This document shows, piece after piece, positions 26,050-39,100 of a DNA stretch of 64,000 bases. The stretch's first letter is position 1. Each line of letters opens with the position of its first letter. The notes beneath the pieces were generated by a model that worked only from the letters and a program-made list of their open reading frames with translations, had not been told where the DNA came from and made no database searches. Made by a program: the position numbers and the translations under genes. Source of the stretch: Chiloscyllium plagiosum (lineage: Eukaryota); assembly GCF_004010195.1 (NCBI RefSeq), contig NC_057718.1, positions 42,006,444-42,070,443 on the forward strand. The letters are read 5' to 3'.

Positions 26050-26585
26050 AAACCAATGTAAAATATGAGGTCAGCTCCAGCTGGAGGGTTCCCAGCTCTG
26101 AGCACCATGATCTACGAAGAATATGAAGACTTTGGAAAGGGTGCAGAAGAGATTTACTCAGATGTTTCCAGGAATTGGGAATTATAGATATGTAGATAAA
26201 TTGGAAAAACCGGAGTTCTCCTTAGAGCAGAGAAAGCTAAAAAAAAATTAAGAATAGTCTTTAAAATTAGTAAGTGTTTCAAAGGAGAAAATAAAGGGGA
26301 ACAGTTTCCAATGGCTGAAGAGTGGACAACCAAAAGGCATAGCTTTCTGCTGATTGGCGAACAAACCAGAAACAATATCAGGGAAAACATGCTTCTGTAG
26401 CCAAATATTTAGGACCGGATTTTCAGTGACTGATGTTTGGTGAATACAAATTCAGTAGTAGCCTTGAAAAGGAAACTGAGATGGGAAAAGCAATGTTGAG
26501 ATACAGAGAGAGGGACAGAGAGAAAAACTGGTTATTCTTCAAGGAGCTGTCACGGTGTTGATGGACTGAAGACCAGTCTCTACTG
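26050..26585 (+). mobile_element. Old CR1 3' fragment
   Basis: TTGGAAAGGGTGCAGAAGAGATTTACT (LERVQKRFT) and a decayed 3' tail GATGGACTGAAGACCAGTCTCTACTGTG. Confidence 0.7.
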
Positions 26586-28339
26586 TGTTTTTTTTAATCC
26601 AATAATTTCTCAAGCCAACATCATTTTTTGTTTTAGATCAAACTCTTTCTATCTTCATGATAACTTTCCACATTCTGTGAGTCAAGTAATAATAAACACC
26701 ACTAATAGTATGCAAATGACTTATGGTTCAGGCACCGTGAATTATAATGGTGCTTCACCGGTTTCATTATCCACTCCACTGGATTCTCAATTTAAGTTAC
26801 TCAAGAGTCACTGCAAAAGTTAGTCTCACACTGTTTCACTTCACACTAGTCTCAATGTTTGACAGTCAATTTAGGATCTGTGAAAAGCTGGAACTGCTCA
26901 ACATTGATGTTAAACTTGTGTGAATGCACCATAAACTTCTTGATGATATACCTCTTAAAACTATTTTGTTTTTGAAGCTTTAGTCATGAGTGGTTTATTT
27001 TAAACAAGTGAAGAATGCTAATATTACTTGAGGCCATAGATGACTTCCCGAGACAATGTCAATACTGTTATTCTAAGTGTTCCTACAGGCTGCACCTGAC
27101 CTGTGAGTTCAAATGCACTCAGTTTTCAGCATTGTTTTTATGCCTAACAAGGACAAACAGGTTATTTGTTTGTAATTTCTCCTAAAGAATAATCATTAAT
27201 TTTCTAATACTCTGATTGTTGCAGCTCAGCTCAATTGAGTATACCTCATCCAGATTACTCCTGTGGGGTGGTTGTTGGGCTGTGTGTTGACAGGTTTATT
27301 TATTATGTTTTCCCCAAACAGACATGTTATTTTCATCAAGCTGTTGCTTGCTTTAGGTTCCTGCTTTCAAATGAAAGTAGTTCTGTCATCACATGAATGT
27401 TGTTTGTTTCGCTGAAGTCTGGCTGTGCATTGAGCAAACACAGCAGATGGGAATATGACAGTAATATATGTTTACAAGTACTGTTGGTGACTATTCTCTG
27501 CAGGTTGACAGAAGTGACTAAAGGATGCAGTACAAAGTGTCACCAAGCCGCTGCATAAGTGATGCTTTCCCAGACATCTCAGAAACCAGAGCACACCAGT
27601 AAACTGTGGGGGTTTTGTTAAAAAAAAAATTCTAGTGTATAGGATTAAAATAAATGTAAGAATATAGTGAAGTTAGAGGTAAAGATAAAGGAGCATAATG
27701 ATTGGATGATGGCCATTGACAAATCTCTGAACAAAATTTACTGTTATACATCTGTTTTTTGAAAAGTAAAGCCAATCACAGCCAGTAAAGGAAAACTAAT
27801 TTCACTACATAATGAGAGAAGGATAAACATATACTGAATTATAATCTTCTAATTTTGATACTCAAAGCTGATATAAGTTTAATCTAAATTCACAAAAATC
27901 TTTGGGCTGCTGAAATAAAATTAATTGCAACATTTTTCATTCATTATTCCTGAATCTTTTAACCTATGTTTTTATACAATGTTGGTGAAGGTGGTCTAAC
28001 TAACTAACTCCAGGCACTTCTTTTATGTTTGCAAGGAAAATTCTATTTTCACAATGAAACATTGATTGAGTAATAACACCATTTAAAATGTTCATAAATG
28101 TGGGTCACTTACCTTTTGCTTCATAGCTTTCATTCTGTGAATGATATTTGTCTTCGTAAATGGTGAATAAACCCTGAAACTCGGAAATTACATCACCACT
28201 TTCCTGTTGAGATTTCCCTATATTAGAATGGACATTTGCATTCTGCACACAGCAGAATCCCACCTCATATGTGACATTCTTTACTTTCTACTATCAGAAG
28301 AGTTTGAGATGAAAGACCATGGGCATCTTCTGGAAGAAG

Positions 28340-28556
28340 CTGAAAATGTGTTGCTGGAAAAGCGCAGCAGGTCAGGCAGCATCCAAGGAGCAGGAGAATC
28401 GATGTTTCTGGCATGAGCCCTTATTCCCGTCGTAAGAAGGGTTCATGCCCGAAACGTCGATTCTCCTGCTCCTTGGATGCTGCCTGACCTGCTGCGCTTT
28501 TCCAGCAACACATTTTCAGCTCTGATCTCCAGCATCTGCAGTTCTCACTTTCTCCT
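28340..28556. mobile_element. Fold-back PLE-derived mini-element, family 1
   Basis: Inverted arms. TSD ATCTTCTGGAAGAAG at 28325-28339 and 28562-28576. Hammerhead cores are partly mutated. Confidence 0.88.
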
Positions 28557-28985
28557 AGAAGATCTTCTGGAAGAAGGCTTGTCACCCAATACTTTTCATT
28601 TAAATTATTTTTTAGGCAAGCACCATTTAATTATACACCAAGATAATACATTATGAGATCCAATCATGTAAACTTGATAAGTTAAAACTGCAAACCATCA
28701 TATGTCTGAGATGTAAGCTCTAGGTTTTTGCTTGACTCACATTGAGTTTAAAAAGAAATTGCAATAATTGAATTGTTTTACTTTTAATGTGATCTTGACA
28801 TTAATAAAGCTCTCTGTATAAACTGCAAAATGTTAAATAGAAAGGAGTCTTTTATATACTTACATTTGAAAAGAAAAGAGTGCCGAGCCAACCTACTTTG
28901 TTGATCATCTTTTGTATTCCACAGCTTATGGTTTCAGCATAGTGTCACTTCTTGGCAGATGAAAAGCTGCCTATATGGGATTTAG

Positions 28986-29083
28986 AGCTGGAAATGTGTT
29001 GCTGGAAAAGCGCAGCAGGTCAGGCAGCATCCAGGGAACAGGAGAATCGACGTTTCGGGCATAAGCCCTTCTTCAGGAAAGGG
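28986..29083 (-). mobile_element. Single-arm PLE-derived mini-element with an intact hammerhead (29044-29079)
   Basis: Minus strand reads TTC-CTGAAGA-A-GGGC-TTAT-GCCC-GAAA-CG-TC-GATT. TSD ATGGGATTTAG at 28975-28985 and 29084-29094. Confidence 0.85.
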
Positions 29084-32000
29084 ATGGGATTTAGCCAAAC
29101 ATGAAGTGTGTTCTATCAAACTGATCAATTAGTTTGCTGATCCAAGCAAAAAAGAAAAGCTTAAATCTCAGACATATTGTTAAATTCTGATATTACGGGT
29201 TTAAAATGTAGTCTTGACATAACTTCTGCATTGATGAAGTGCCTTTTGTCCCTACTTGGAGTCCCTCACTTCTAAACTGTAGGAACTAAAATCTTTTGAT
29301 GCTTTCTGATGATCCATTCGGTATCTTTATTTTTACTCAAGGACATAAGCAACTGAAGGAACTTTCAACATATTAATAGGTAGTTTAAGACACCTTGATA
29401 TTTAAATAGTGGAAAGTATTTTTCCACCAGAAATGGTGAATATGAAAAATATGTCTGCTCAACCTCTTTAGTAAACTGGGACTGAAAGATAGTTTAAGGA
29501 AAAAAATAACAGGCTGCAGGTAAATAACTGCCTGTGTTCATAATGGGCCACAATATGTCAAGGATATAGATGTCATTCCTCCTAGAGAAGTATTTCATGT
29601 TTAATATGATCTGAACAAATCTTTTGTTAATTTTGTTAAATTTGCTGAATATTTGACATTTTTGATACCTCAATATCTTGTCAGAAATTTCCATTGCTTT
29701 GTCAGGTAACTTTCTAAAATAAATTTGATACAAATAAAAGTAGAACTTGAAATAAAGCTACAAAGTGAATCATTCAGTAACAGTTCTACTTTAATTACCA
29801 TTTGCATTAGTAGTCTCATTATCAGACATAGGTTACATTGTTGCAGTTTACATTTTACTGTAATTATGGAAAGGGTAAAGCTGCAAGAGGTGGAGTACAG
29901 TATAACTTGCTTGGCCTTCATTAATTCCTGTCACCTCTATTATCCAGGACTGTTAAGTGAATCTGCTGCATATCCAGCATGGATTTTTCTGCCTTTTGAG
30001 AACACAGTTATGGGTAGCCATCATTTCCTTGTCCATTAGGCCTTGTATTTGTTTTGAGTTTAAACACTGAATAGACAAGTTTAGATTGAAGATCTTAAGA
30101 ATTATTAAGAATCAAAACAACAGAGCCATGTTCAAATTAATTTCAGAAAAAAAATGAAAATATTATTTTTCTTATGGGATGATGAACATTTCCAACAACA
30201 CTGACAGTGAGTAACATAGTAGTCACATGCTTGTACTAATAAAGAAATGTCAGGACATAAGGTGCTAAGGAGATCATTAGCTCACTGGATGGACAATGAA
30301 AGAGGTCTTAAAGTGTATATTGAAGCTAAGAGGCCAATTAAAGATCTTTGTTAACAATGTTGTCATTTTGTGGGAACTGTAGCCTGGCTACTTCCTGATC
30401 TTCCTCTCCCATTGGAGAGAGCCAGTAACCTCTTGATTCATTAGGGAGTTGATATTATTGTAAAAAACTAATACCTCATCTCAAGTCAAAGAACAATGCT
30501 ATTCTGTATTGTTAATTATCACTGTAAATCCTGATGCTGATGGGAAAGATGTCAGGAAGAGTTGTTCAGCCCGCAGTGCAGCTGCTTGAGCATGTGCAAG
30601 ATACAGAACTGCCTCATGGCTTTTACAATCCAGTTTTAACTGGGGAGATATCGCACAACGACTTTTATATTGCTGCTTTCGGAGGCAAGAAATTGATTTT
30701 GATTCACCTACTGGAGAATCACTTCATATTGATTTTATGCAGGAGTTATTGATATTGTAACTCCCATAGCAACACAAATATATATGCAATCATTTTGAAT
30801 TGTTAAAATTTGATAAATACTAAAATGAAAATTAATTTTTAAAACACAGAACTTCCCATCAACAAATGTTTGTTAAAGGAGTGCATTCAGTTCAATGGGC
30901 TACTTTCTTTTTAAAGATATAAAGATGCAAAGCTTCTAACTGCATCATGAATGCACCTTCCTGTTTATGAGGAATGTAGTATGCTATTTAAATCAAAGAA
31001 TCTATACTGAAAGCAAAAGTTGAAATTCGTTCTGTAAGAAATGAACTGTGTTAAGGCTGATTGGTTGGAAAGAAGATTCTCACCCTCTAGCTGGAGACTG
31101 GCCCGAGTTACCTTCCTTGGAAAGGCCTATCACATTAAATGTCAACAAAGTGGTTGGAAAGGACCTTGGGGTGGATGTCCAGCCCCTGAGAGTTTGAAGA
31201 CAGACAGAGCGTTGGCACCTGCTTGAAACTCATTCACTTGAGGTCCACAATCAGATAGGAACTAAAATCATGTATGAGTCAAGGTCGATTGGGGGTCACA
31301 AGCTGGAGGATAGAGATGGACTGGGAATGGGAGGCAAAGGCAGCTGGTGTGGTTCTCAGTAATTCCCCACCTCGTACTTCCTGTTTCCAGGTCCCTCAGT
31401 CAGACAGTGAGTGACCTGACTATGAGGAATCCACACCCCACCCCATCCTGGAAGTGGACAATCAAGAACAAGGTTTTTTTCTTGCTTTTTTCTACTTTTC
31501 AAATAAAGATGAATTTGCCCATAGGATCACTTTCAACAAAGGAACATTTCAATTTGTATGAACATTATTGCATGCTTAATGAATTGAAGGCATGCTTTCT
31601 GTTGAGTGGGACAATTGGCTACCAAAACCAAATAATCTGCTCACCATGGCAGTGCCATTGAGAACTTCAAAATCAAATTTATAAACATAACTGGCAATTC
31701 TAAACTGTAGATGGTCTAAGGTCTTGAACTAATGGCTGTTTGCTTTTGAAGCTGTTACAGATAGACTGTTGCCTATATATCTACTGTGTGTTTAAAGGGT
31801 TTATAGAATGTTTTCGAGTGTGTCTTGCACACCTTCGTTTAAGAAGCATTCACCATATTAACATTTCAGTGCTAGATTTTTGTGTCCTGTCAATATCTAT
31901 TATGATTTTTCCCAGATATCAAAGATATTTCCTCAAATGTTTTAAAAGTAGTTTCCCACATTAAAATAAAAACCTGTAGCAGGGAAGCAATTTCATCTGA

Positions 32001-32119
32001 AATTCCTTTGGGAATTGGAAGGCATTTTGAAGAAAGTTTGGTTGCATGGATACTGCTGTAATTCTTAAAGGGGTTATGGTGTGGTATATGTGGTAATGAC
32101 ATTGGCCCTAACTTTGTAA

Positions 32120-32244
32120 AGGAGAAAGTGAGGACTGCAGATGCTGGAGATCAGAGCTGAACATGTGTTGCTGGAAAAGTGCAGCAGGTCAGGCAGCATC
32201 CAAGGAACAGGAGAATCGACGTTTCGGGCATAAGCCCTGAAGAA
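32120..32244. mobile_element. PLE-derived mini-element left arm, truncated by a SINE
   Basis: Same sequence as 14924-15040. Ends in CTGAAGAAG directly at the SINE start. Confidence 0.85.
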
Positions 32245-32563
32245 GGTGGCACGGTGGCACAGTGGTTAGCACTGCTGCCTCACAGCGCCAGAGACCCGGG
32301 TTCAATTCCCGCCTCAGGCGACTAACTGTGTGGAGCTTGCACGTTCTCCCCGTGTCTGCGTGGGTTTCCTCCGGGTGCTCCGGTTTCCTCCCACAGTCCC
32401 AAGATGTGCAGGTCAGGTGAATTGGTCATGCTAAATTGCCCGTAGTGTTAGGTAAGTGGTAAACGTAAGGGTATGGGTGGGTTGCGCTTCGGCGGGGCGG
32501 TGTGGACCTGTTGGGCCGAAGAGCCTGTTTCCACACTGTAAGTAATCTAATCTAATCTAATCT
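32245..32563 (+). mobile_element. Full-length, young HE1-like SINE
   Basis: A box TGGCACAGTGG, B box GGTTCAATTCC, CpG-rich body, CR1-like tail, (TAATC)4. Confidence 0.92.
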
Positions 32564-33519
32564 CTTTTAGCAGCAGGCTAATCCGTCTCGGAGCCAAAAC
32601 TACCCAGTGACCTAACAGCACTGAAAAGTTGATTTAGAGCACACGGTATTGCTACTGTTATGATACAAATTACAATCTATTCACAAGTTGTGAAACTGGA
32701 GTTCTTCAGGCAATCAGGTTCCTCAAATTTATTTACACTTAAAATGTCCTTTGCTGCATAATAAATGTAGCTATAGAATTTAATTTCTACTTTGAAACAA
32801 TTCAGGGCAGAAGAAAATAAAATATATATGATAACATATAATAAATTATAAAAAGACTTCTCAATAAAGCTCTAGCAGGATCAGTATGATTTTGCCAAAT
32901 ATATTAAAGACTAAAAGACACGGAACACAAAGGTATAAATTATATCTCTACTTGGCACTGTGTAGATCCTATATCAGGTGAGATGATATTTGTTAAAGTT
33001 AATTATCCAGCATAGTTAAACATTCCAAACAATTTTGTTTATCAACTCAGGCAGGATTAATTCTATTTGAATTGAATTCTTGAATTGTGACATCTCTCAT
33101 TGATAAGTGTGAAATGATGCACAGATTATTTTGAGATCATCTTTTTAGATTAATAGCTTGGATTTTGTGGTGGAAATAGTCATAAGCATACCTACGCCCA
33201 CTGTCCACATGATGATTGAGCAGACAGCAACTGGAGATGTACACTCTTTTGTAGTGAAACGTTAAAATCAGGAAGCTGCCTAATAATTTGCTCTGCGTGT
33301 TCATGACCATAATATGATAGAATTTTTCACTATGCTTGAAAGTGAGGTAGTTTACCCTAAAGCCAGAGTGAAAAATCTGAACAAAAGACATATAAATGTA
33401 TGAAGGCCAAACCATTTGACGTGAATTGGGGCAATGTGCTGGACATAGACAATATGTAGTCTTTTAAAAAAAAATTACATAGTTTATAGTAACTATACAT
33501 TTCTTTGAGGCACAAAATC

Positions 33520-35490
33520 ACACACATTGTCAGTCAACCATGGCTAACAAAGGAAATTAAGGATTGAATAAGACAAAAAGAAAAGGCATTCTAATGTTGG
33601 GCAAAAATAGCGACAACCTAAGGATTGAGAGGATTTTAAAATACTCCATAGGAGGATTATGACAGTGATAAAGAAATGAAGAATAGGATATTAATGTGAA
33701 CTGAAAAAAATCATAAAAATGGATTGAAAAGATTTCTATAGGCATGTAAAAAGAAAATGTTTGGCTAAGAAAAATGTGTGTCCATTGCAGCTTGAGTCTG
33801 GAGAATTTATAATGGAGAATGGAGAAATGCCAGAGAAGCTAAACACTTACTTTGTTCTTGTCTTCACTGAGAAAAATATAAGAAATCTCTCAGTATTAAA
33901 TATCCAAGGGATTAGGAGGAATGGAATTGAAGGAAAGAAGCATTAATGAAAGATTTTGTTGGAGAAATTAATGGAACTGAAGTGGGTAGTCCTTGGGATC
34001 TATATTCGATATCCCAGAGTTTTGAAGAAGGTATCTATGGAGATAATGGATCCATAAGTGATCATTTTCCAAAATTCTGTAGATTGTGGAATGTTCCTAC
34101 AGATTGGAAGAAAGCAAATGTTTCCCCACAATTTAAGAAGGCCGGGAATGAGAAAAGACTTACAAACTTGTCAGCCTGACTGCAGTAGTAGGGAAAATGC
34201 TGGAATCTATTACTGCATAAAGTTTGTGATAAATTGATAATACTGATCTGAGTGGGTATAGTAAGCATGGAATTGTGAAGGAAAATCATGTTTTGGTTTT
34301 TTTATAGATGTTACTCACAGACCTGACAAAGGGGAGTAGGTGGACATAGTATACAGTACTTGGATTTTCAAAAGGTTTTGCAGGAGTTTTATTAGCAACT
34401 TTAAAGCACATGGGATAGGAGGTCATGTACTAACATAAATTAATGATTGACTGACATGCAGAAAACAGCAAGTAGGAATAAACTGGTCATTCCCACTTAG
34501 GCAGGTCATGACTAGTGATGTACTGCAAGGATCGTACCTGCACCCCAGGTACTCAGGATATATATCAATGATTTGGATGTGGGGATAAAATAAGTGCAAT
34601 ATTTCCAAATTTATGGATGACTAAAAGCTAAGTGAAACTATATGCAATGAGGAAGTTACAAAGCAGCTTCAAGAGGATTTGGACAGATGTTTAAGTTGCC
34701 AAAGTATAATGTTGAAAAATATAAGGTTATCAATATTGGTAGGATGTACACATCAGCAGAGTGCATCTTAAATGATAGGAGGTTAGCAAATGTAGATATA
34801 CAAAGGGATGTTGGCTTCCTGCCAACAAGTTACTGAAGGCTATCGTGCAGGTGTAGCAAACAATTATGAAGGCTAACGGTATGTTAGATTTTATCACAAG
34901 AAGATTTGAGTATGGAGTAATGAATTCTTCATTAAATTGTGCATTAGGCTAATATACTGCATGCTGTTTTGATCCCCTTGCATTAGGAAGGATATTCTGC
35001 CTTTGAAGCATTGCAACAAGGTTGCAATCAGACTTGCTATGGGCTGGTCCTACAAAGAGAAATGGGTAAACTGTGCCTATTTCCTCTAAAGTTTTGAAGA
35101 ACGAGAGGTGATCTCATTGAAACCAACAAGATACATAAAGGAAAAGACAGGTTTGAGGCAAATAATCTCTTTTCCCTGGGTGTGGAGACTAGAGCCAGGG
35201 GACACATTTCCAAAATAAGGGGGAAACCACTTAACACCAAGATGAGGAGAGTTTCTTTTTACTCCGAGGGTTGTGAATCTTTGAAATTTTATATCCAAAG
35301 GGCCGTGGAAGCTTAGCCTTTGAGTGGGTTTAAAGTAGAGATTGATAGATTTCTGATTACCAGTGAATCAAAGGTTTATGAAGATAGCCTGGATAAAAGG
35401 CATTGAAGTGTTTGACCAGCCATGATAATATTGATTGGAGGAGTAGCTCCAAGGTCTGAATGACCAGCTTCTGTTCCTGTGTTCTTCCAC
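33520..35490 (+). mobile_element. Decayed CR1 LINE (ORF2 RT through the 3' end)
   Basis: VPTDWKKANVSPQFKK, a YLDFQK-like segment, RRTRGDLIET.KI.KG, and a CR1 3' tail. Confidence 0.85.
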
Positions 35491-35840
35491 CAGTTACTAA
35501 TACTTCAGAGACTCATCATTCACCTACATGACAGGTGTGAAGTTGGAGCACCTTCTCACTAGATTACCATTAAATATGTCATAAAAAGTGTAAGTGAATT
35601 TGAGATGGTGGAATAAATTTTGATTATTAACAACCAATCTCTCTGGTACTGAAACATTAACCAAAATGAGTCATGCCATTACTTCAGATTTAAATTATTG
35701 TTGGAGATTTTGAATTTTTTCAATTCCTCTGTCTCCCTCTCATCTTGCTTTACTTCTCTTTTCCGTATATGATTTCATGTTGTATTAACTGTTCCAACTA
35801 ATACTTCTTGGCTTAGACTCTATAGGATAGAAATCTTTTT

Positions 35841-36165
35841 TAGATTAGGTTACCTACAGCGTGGAAATGGGCCATTCTGCCAAACAAGTCCACACTGACC
35901 TTACAAAGAGTAACCCACTCAGCCCCATTCCTCTACCCTACATTTACCCAACTGATGCACCTAACATTATGAACAATTCAGTGTGGCCAAATCACCTAAC
36001 CTGCACATCTTTGGATTGTGAGAGAAAACAAGAGCACCCAGAGGAAACCCACACAGACACAGGGAGAACGTGCAAATTACACACAGATGGTCCCCCAAGG
36101 CAGGAATCGAACCCAGGTCACTGGTGCTGTGAGGCAGCAGTGCTAACCACTGAGCCACTGTGCCC
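35841..36165 (-). mobile_element. HE1-like SINE
   Basis: Reverse-complement homology to 32245-32563. Confidence 0.9.
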
Positions 36166-39100
36166 AATGTGGTGGGCAATATCAAATCACCTGCCCATAA
36201 GATACAGCACCTGACATTTAATTCGGTGCATATAGCAGGTGACCAATATGAAAATGGGCATGTGTGTCATTAACCTGAGGAAAATCACTACCCAATATGC
36301 CTCAATATGGATTTTGTAGTCTGATGGGTTGAAGATGTATACTGTTGCTTGTCCTATTTATTTCAATTCCGGCTCTTCTGTAGAGGGCGCTGCACTGTTT
36401 GAATGCCTGATGACCACAAATTTGTAGAGAAAAGATGCAAAGAGTCTGTGGGCAGTTATAAACACAGTGAGGGTGAGCGACATTATTTTTCCACTGAACA
36501 TATAGGCAGGTTATTGTTTCTCTTCTGATTAATCGCTGACAAACTATTCTAGAATTTTGTTAGGTTCCTGTTCTGTACCTTCACATAATCACACACTTGC
36601 ATCAAGTTTTATTGTTGAAGTACAAGTAAACAATAAGGAAGCATTGTTGAATTATTTCCTGCAAGCTCCCAGCTCTGGAGATGTCAGCTGGCATGCTCTG
36701 TAAATCAGGAGACTTATCTTAAGTTGATGTAAAAACATTTGATGTGCACCTCTTGTCCTTTTTGTGTATGCACCAAGGTAGTAATTTAATACTGTCAGTC
36801 AGTCCAGCCTATCAACTGAACATGGACAGCCCTCAGTACAAACCCTGGGCGATTGTACTCTGCTCAGGTTATCCTGATTTGAACTGGATGTGATCTCTGT
36901 GGGGCTGTACTATAAATGGGGTAATAAACTTCCTGTGATAAACTGAGCTCAATCACTGCACCACATCAAGGTATGTATGCTTGGCAGTGCTCCTAACTAC
37001 CCGTCTGTCTATAACATGAACGAGACAGTCTGTAACTGGGGAACTAAAAAAAATTAACATGGAAGCTTTTGAAGAGAGTTTTGTTTAATCTTTCTCTTTT
37101 ATTTGTATGTCTGTCCTGAGCAGATAGCAGACACTGAATTAAAAGTGTCATCATAATCTTTCTTAAGGTTGGAATTGCAGCTGTTTCTTGGTGTGACTTT
37201 CCACGCAGAACTGTTTGCATTAAGATTAAATATTATATTTATACTAAAGCTTCTAACTTCACACAAATAATCACATCTTGGACACCGAACTAACTTTATT
37301 GGAAAATATTAGGTATCAGCATAGAAGTGCCTATAAAAATAAGGCTTTTTAGCCTGAAAGTGTATTAATTATAGACAGAAAGAGGCAAGGATACAGAGTG
37401 GTGGATTGAAATATTTTTAGTGCTGAGGAAACTTGATATTTATTTGCATCTTCACATTTGTTTCAAGACTGAAAAAAAATGGGGCAGATTAAAAATAACA
37501 CTGAAAACCTGCTGGAAATATATTGACACAGCACCTCAATATGCTGGTACTGAATCCTCTGTATTGACAGATGTAAACTTTGGTTGACAGCTCTACAAAT
37601 GAAAGCCTGGAAAGCACAGGAAGCTGGAAACTAATGATACCGCAAACCATATCCAGCTTTGCAGGTAACTGACATCATGACTTCCCCACAAACCAAAGTG
37701 AGTGTTCTTCCCCCTTTCTGCCTCCTTTCCATCTGTTCATGCTGCTCTAGCAGCCTCCTTGCTCTATCCCCGAAGGGGCCTGCCTAAGCAGAAGGGTATT
37801 AGAGCCTCTGATGAGGAGGGCCTCCGGCTCTTCCATCACTCTTGGCCACAAGGAAGGCACCAGCTGTCTGGCCTCATTTGCATTTTTTCTCAGAAATAAT
37901 GAAATTAGCCATGAGTTTCCTGAGGTGATGCAAGACGCAAATTTAGGCTAGATGTGTCAGTGTGTGATGGGGAGGGAGCTAGGAAGGTCATCAAAGCACT
38001 CAGAGAATGCTTGTAGCATGAAAATTGTGAAATAAAACCTCACATGTTTTATGAAGGCAGGAATTATTTCAATGTCCTCTAACTGCCATGGAGTTCATAC
38101 GGGTCCTGTATTGTTTCGGTCCTTGTGAATTTCTTTGCATTTATTATCTTCAAGTGGAAATAATCCTCAATTTGTAAGTATAGTCATCCTAATTCTTTAG
38201 CTAATCTAGCTGCTGTCAAACTAAATTCACTTCTTTTTTTTTGAATTAATCTCTAAGGTAGTTCTTCGCACAATGTGGATCAATAATGTGGCTTTGCCAG
38301 GTCGCTCTTCATCAAACATTGGTCTGTGCCTGTGTCCAAATAAGCTGCTGTTGCACCATGATGTGAAATCAGCTCATTTAAACACTTCTCAGATGTTCCC
38401 AGCGCATAATGTCCTGGGATTGAGGGCCAGAAGGTGCCTCAGAAAGCTCAAAATGCATTACTGCCAGCAACTACTGGGCACTTGATGTAAAATAGTTACA
38501 TTTCATATTTCTGCTGCAGTTTATAGGATGGATAATCTTTTTTCCACAACAACACAAAATGTCCTTGTAGCAAATCAATTGCCATTTTTTTTTCTCTGAG
38601 TATTTTGTTCCTCGTTTGATTTGCAAAATATAGTCAAGAATTTTCATTTCCAACCAAAGAAAAGTGACAGTAAGACAAGAGTCCAAAAACAGTTTTAACT
38701 ATCATTATGTGGATTTCCACAGAAAGAACGTTAAATGCAATAAAACGAATCAGTGCCAATTCTAGCTTATTTCATGCTGTTGGAGTGGGTAAATTTCTTT
38801 CTTTGAATACAACTATAGCCTTTATATGGAGTTAGGGCTCAATCTGACATCAATGTGAAGAAGGAAGAGACTCCCTTGAAGCAGTCATCTTTACTCTGTT
38901 TCAATTAGGAGTCAATCTAGGTCTTGATTCACACTTTGTGTTTAGTGGAGTTCTGAAACCATGAGGCCAAATGCATTACTAGTTTCTTGAAAAGATTGGT
39001 GAAGTGTAAACTAGAGGAAATGAATGGACAATAAATAAGAATGACCCTCTATTAAGGAAAGGACTACTCAACATCAAATGGTTTGGTAACCTCTTCTCAT

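Noticed and set aside
32245..32320. tRNA-like sequence
   Set aside because: This is a SINE head that continues into the SINE body; it is not a tRNA gene.
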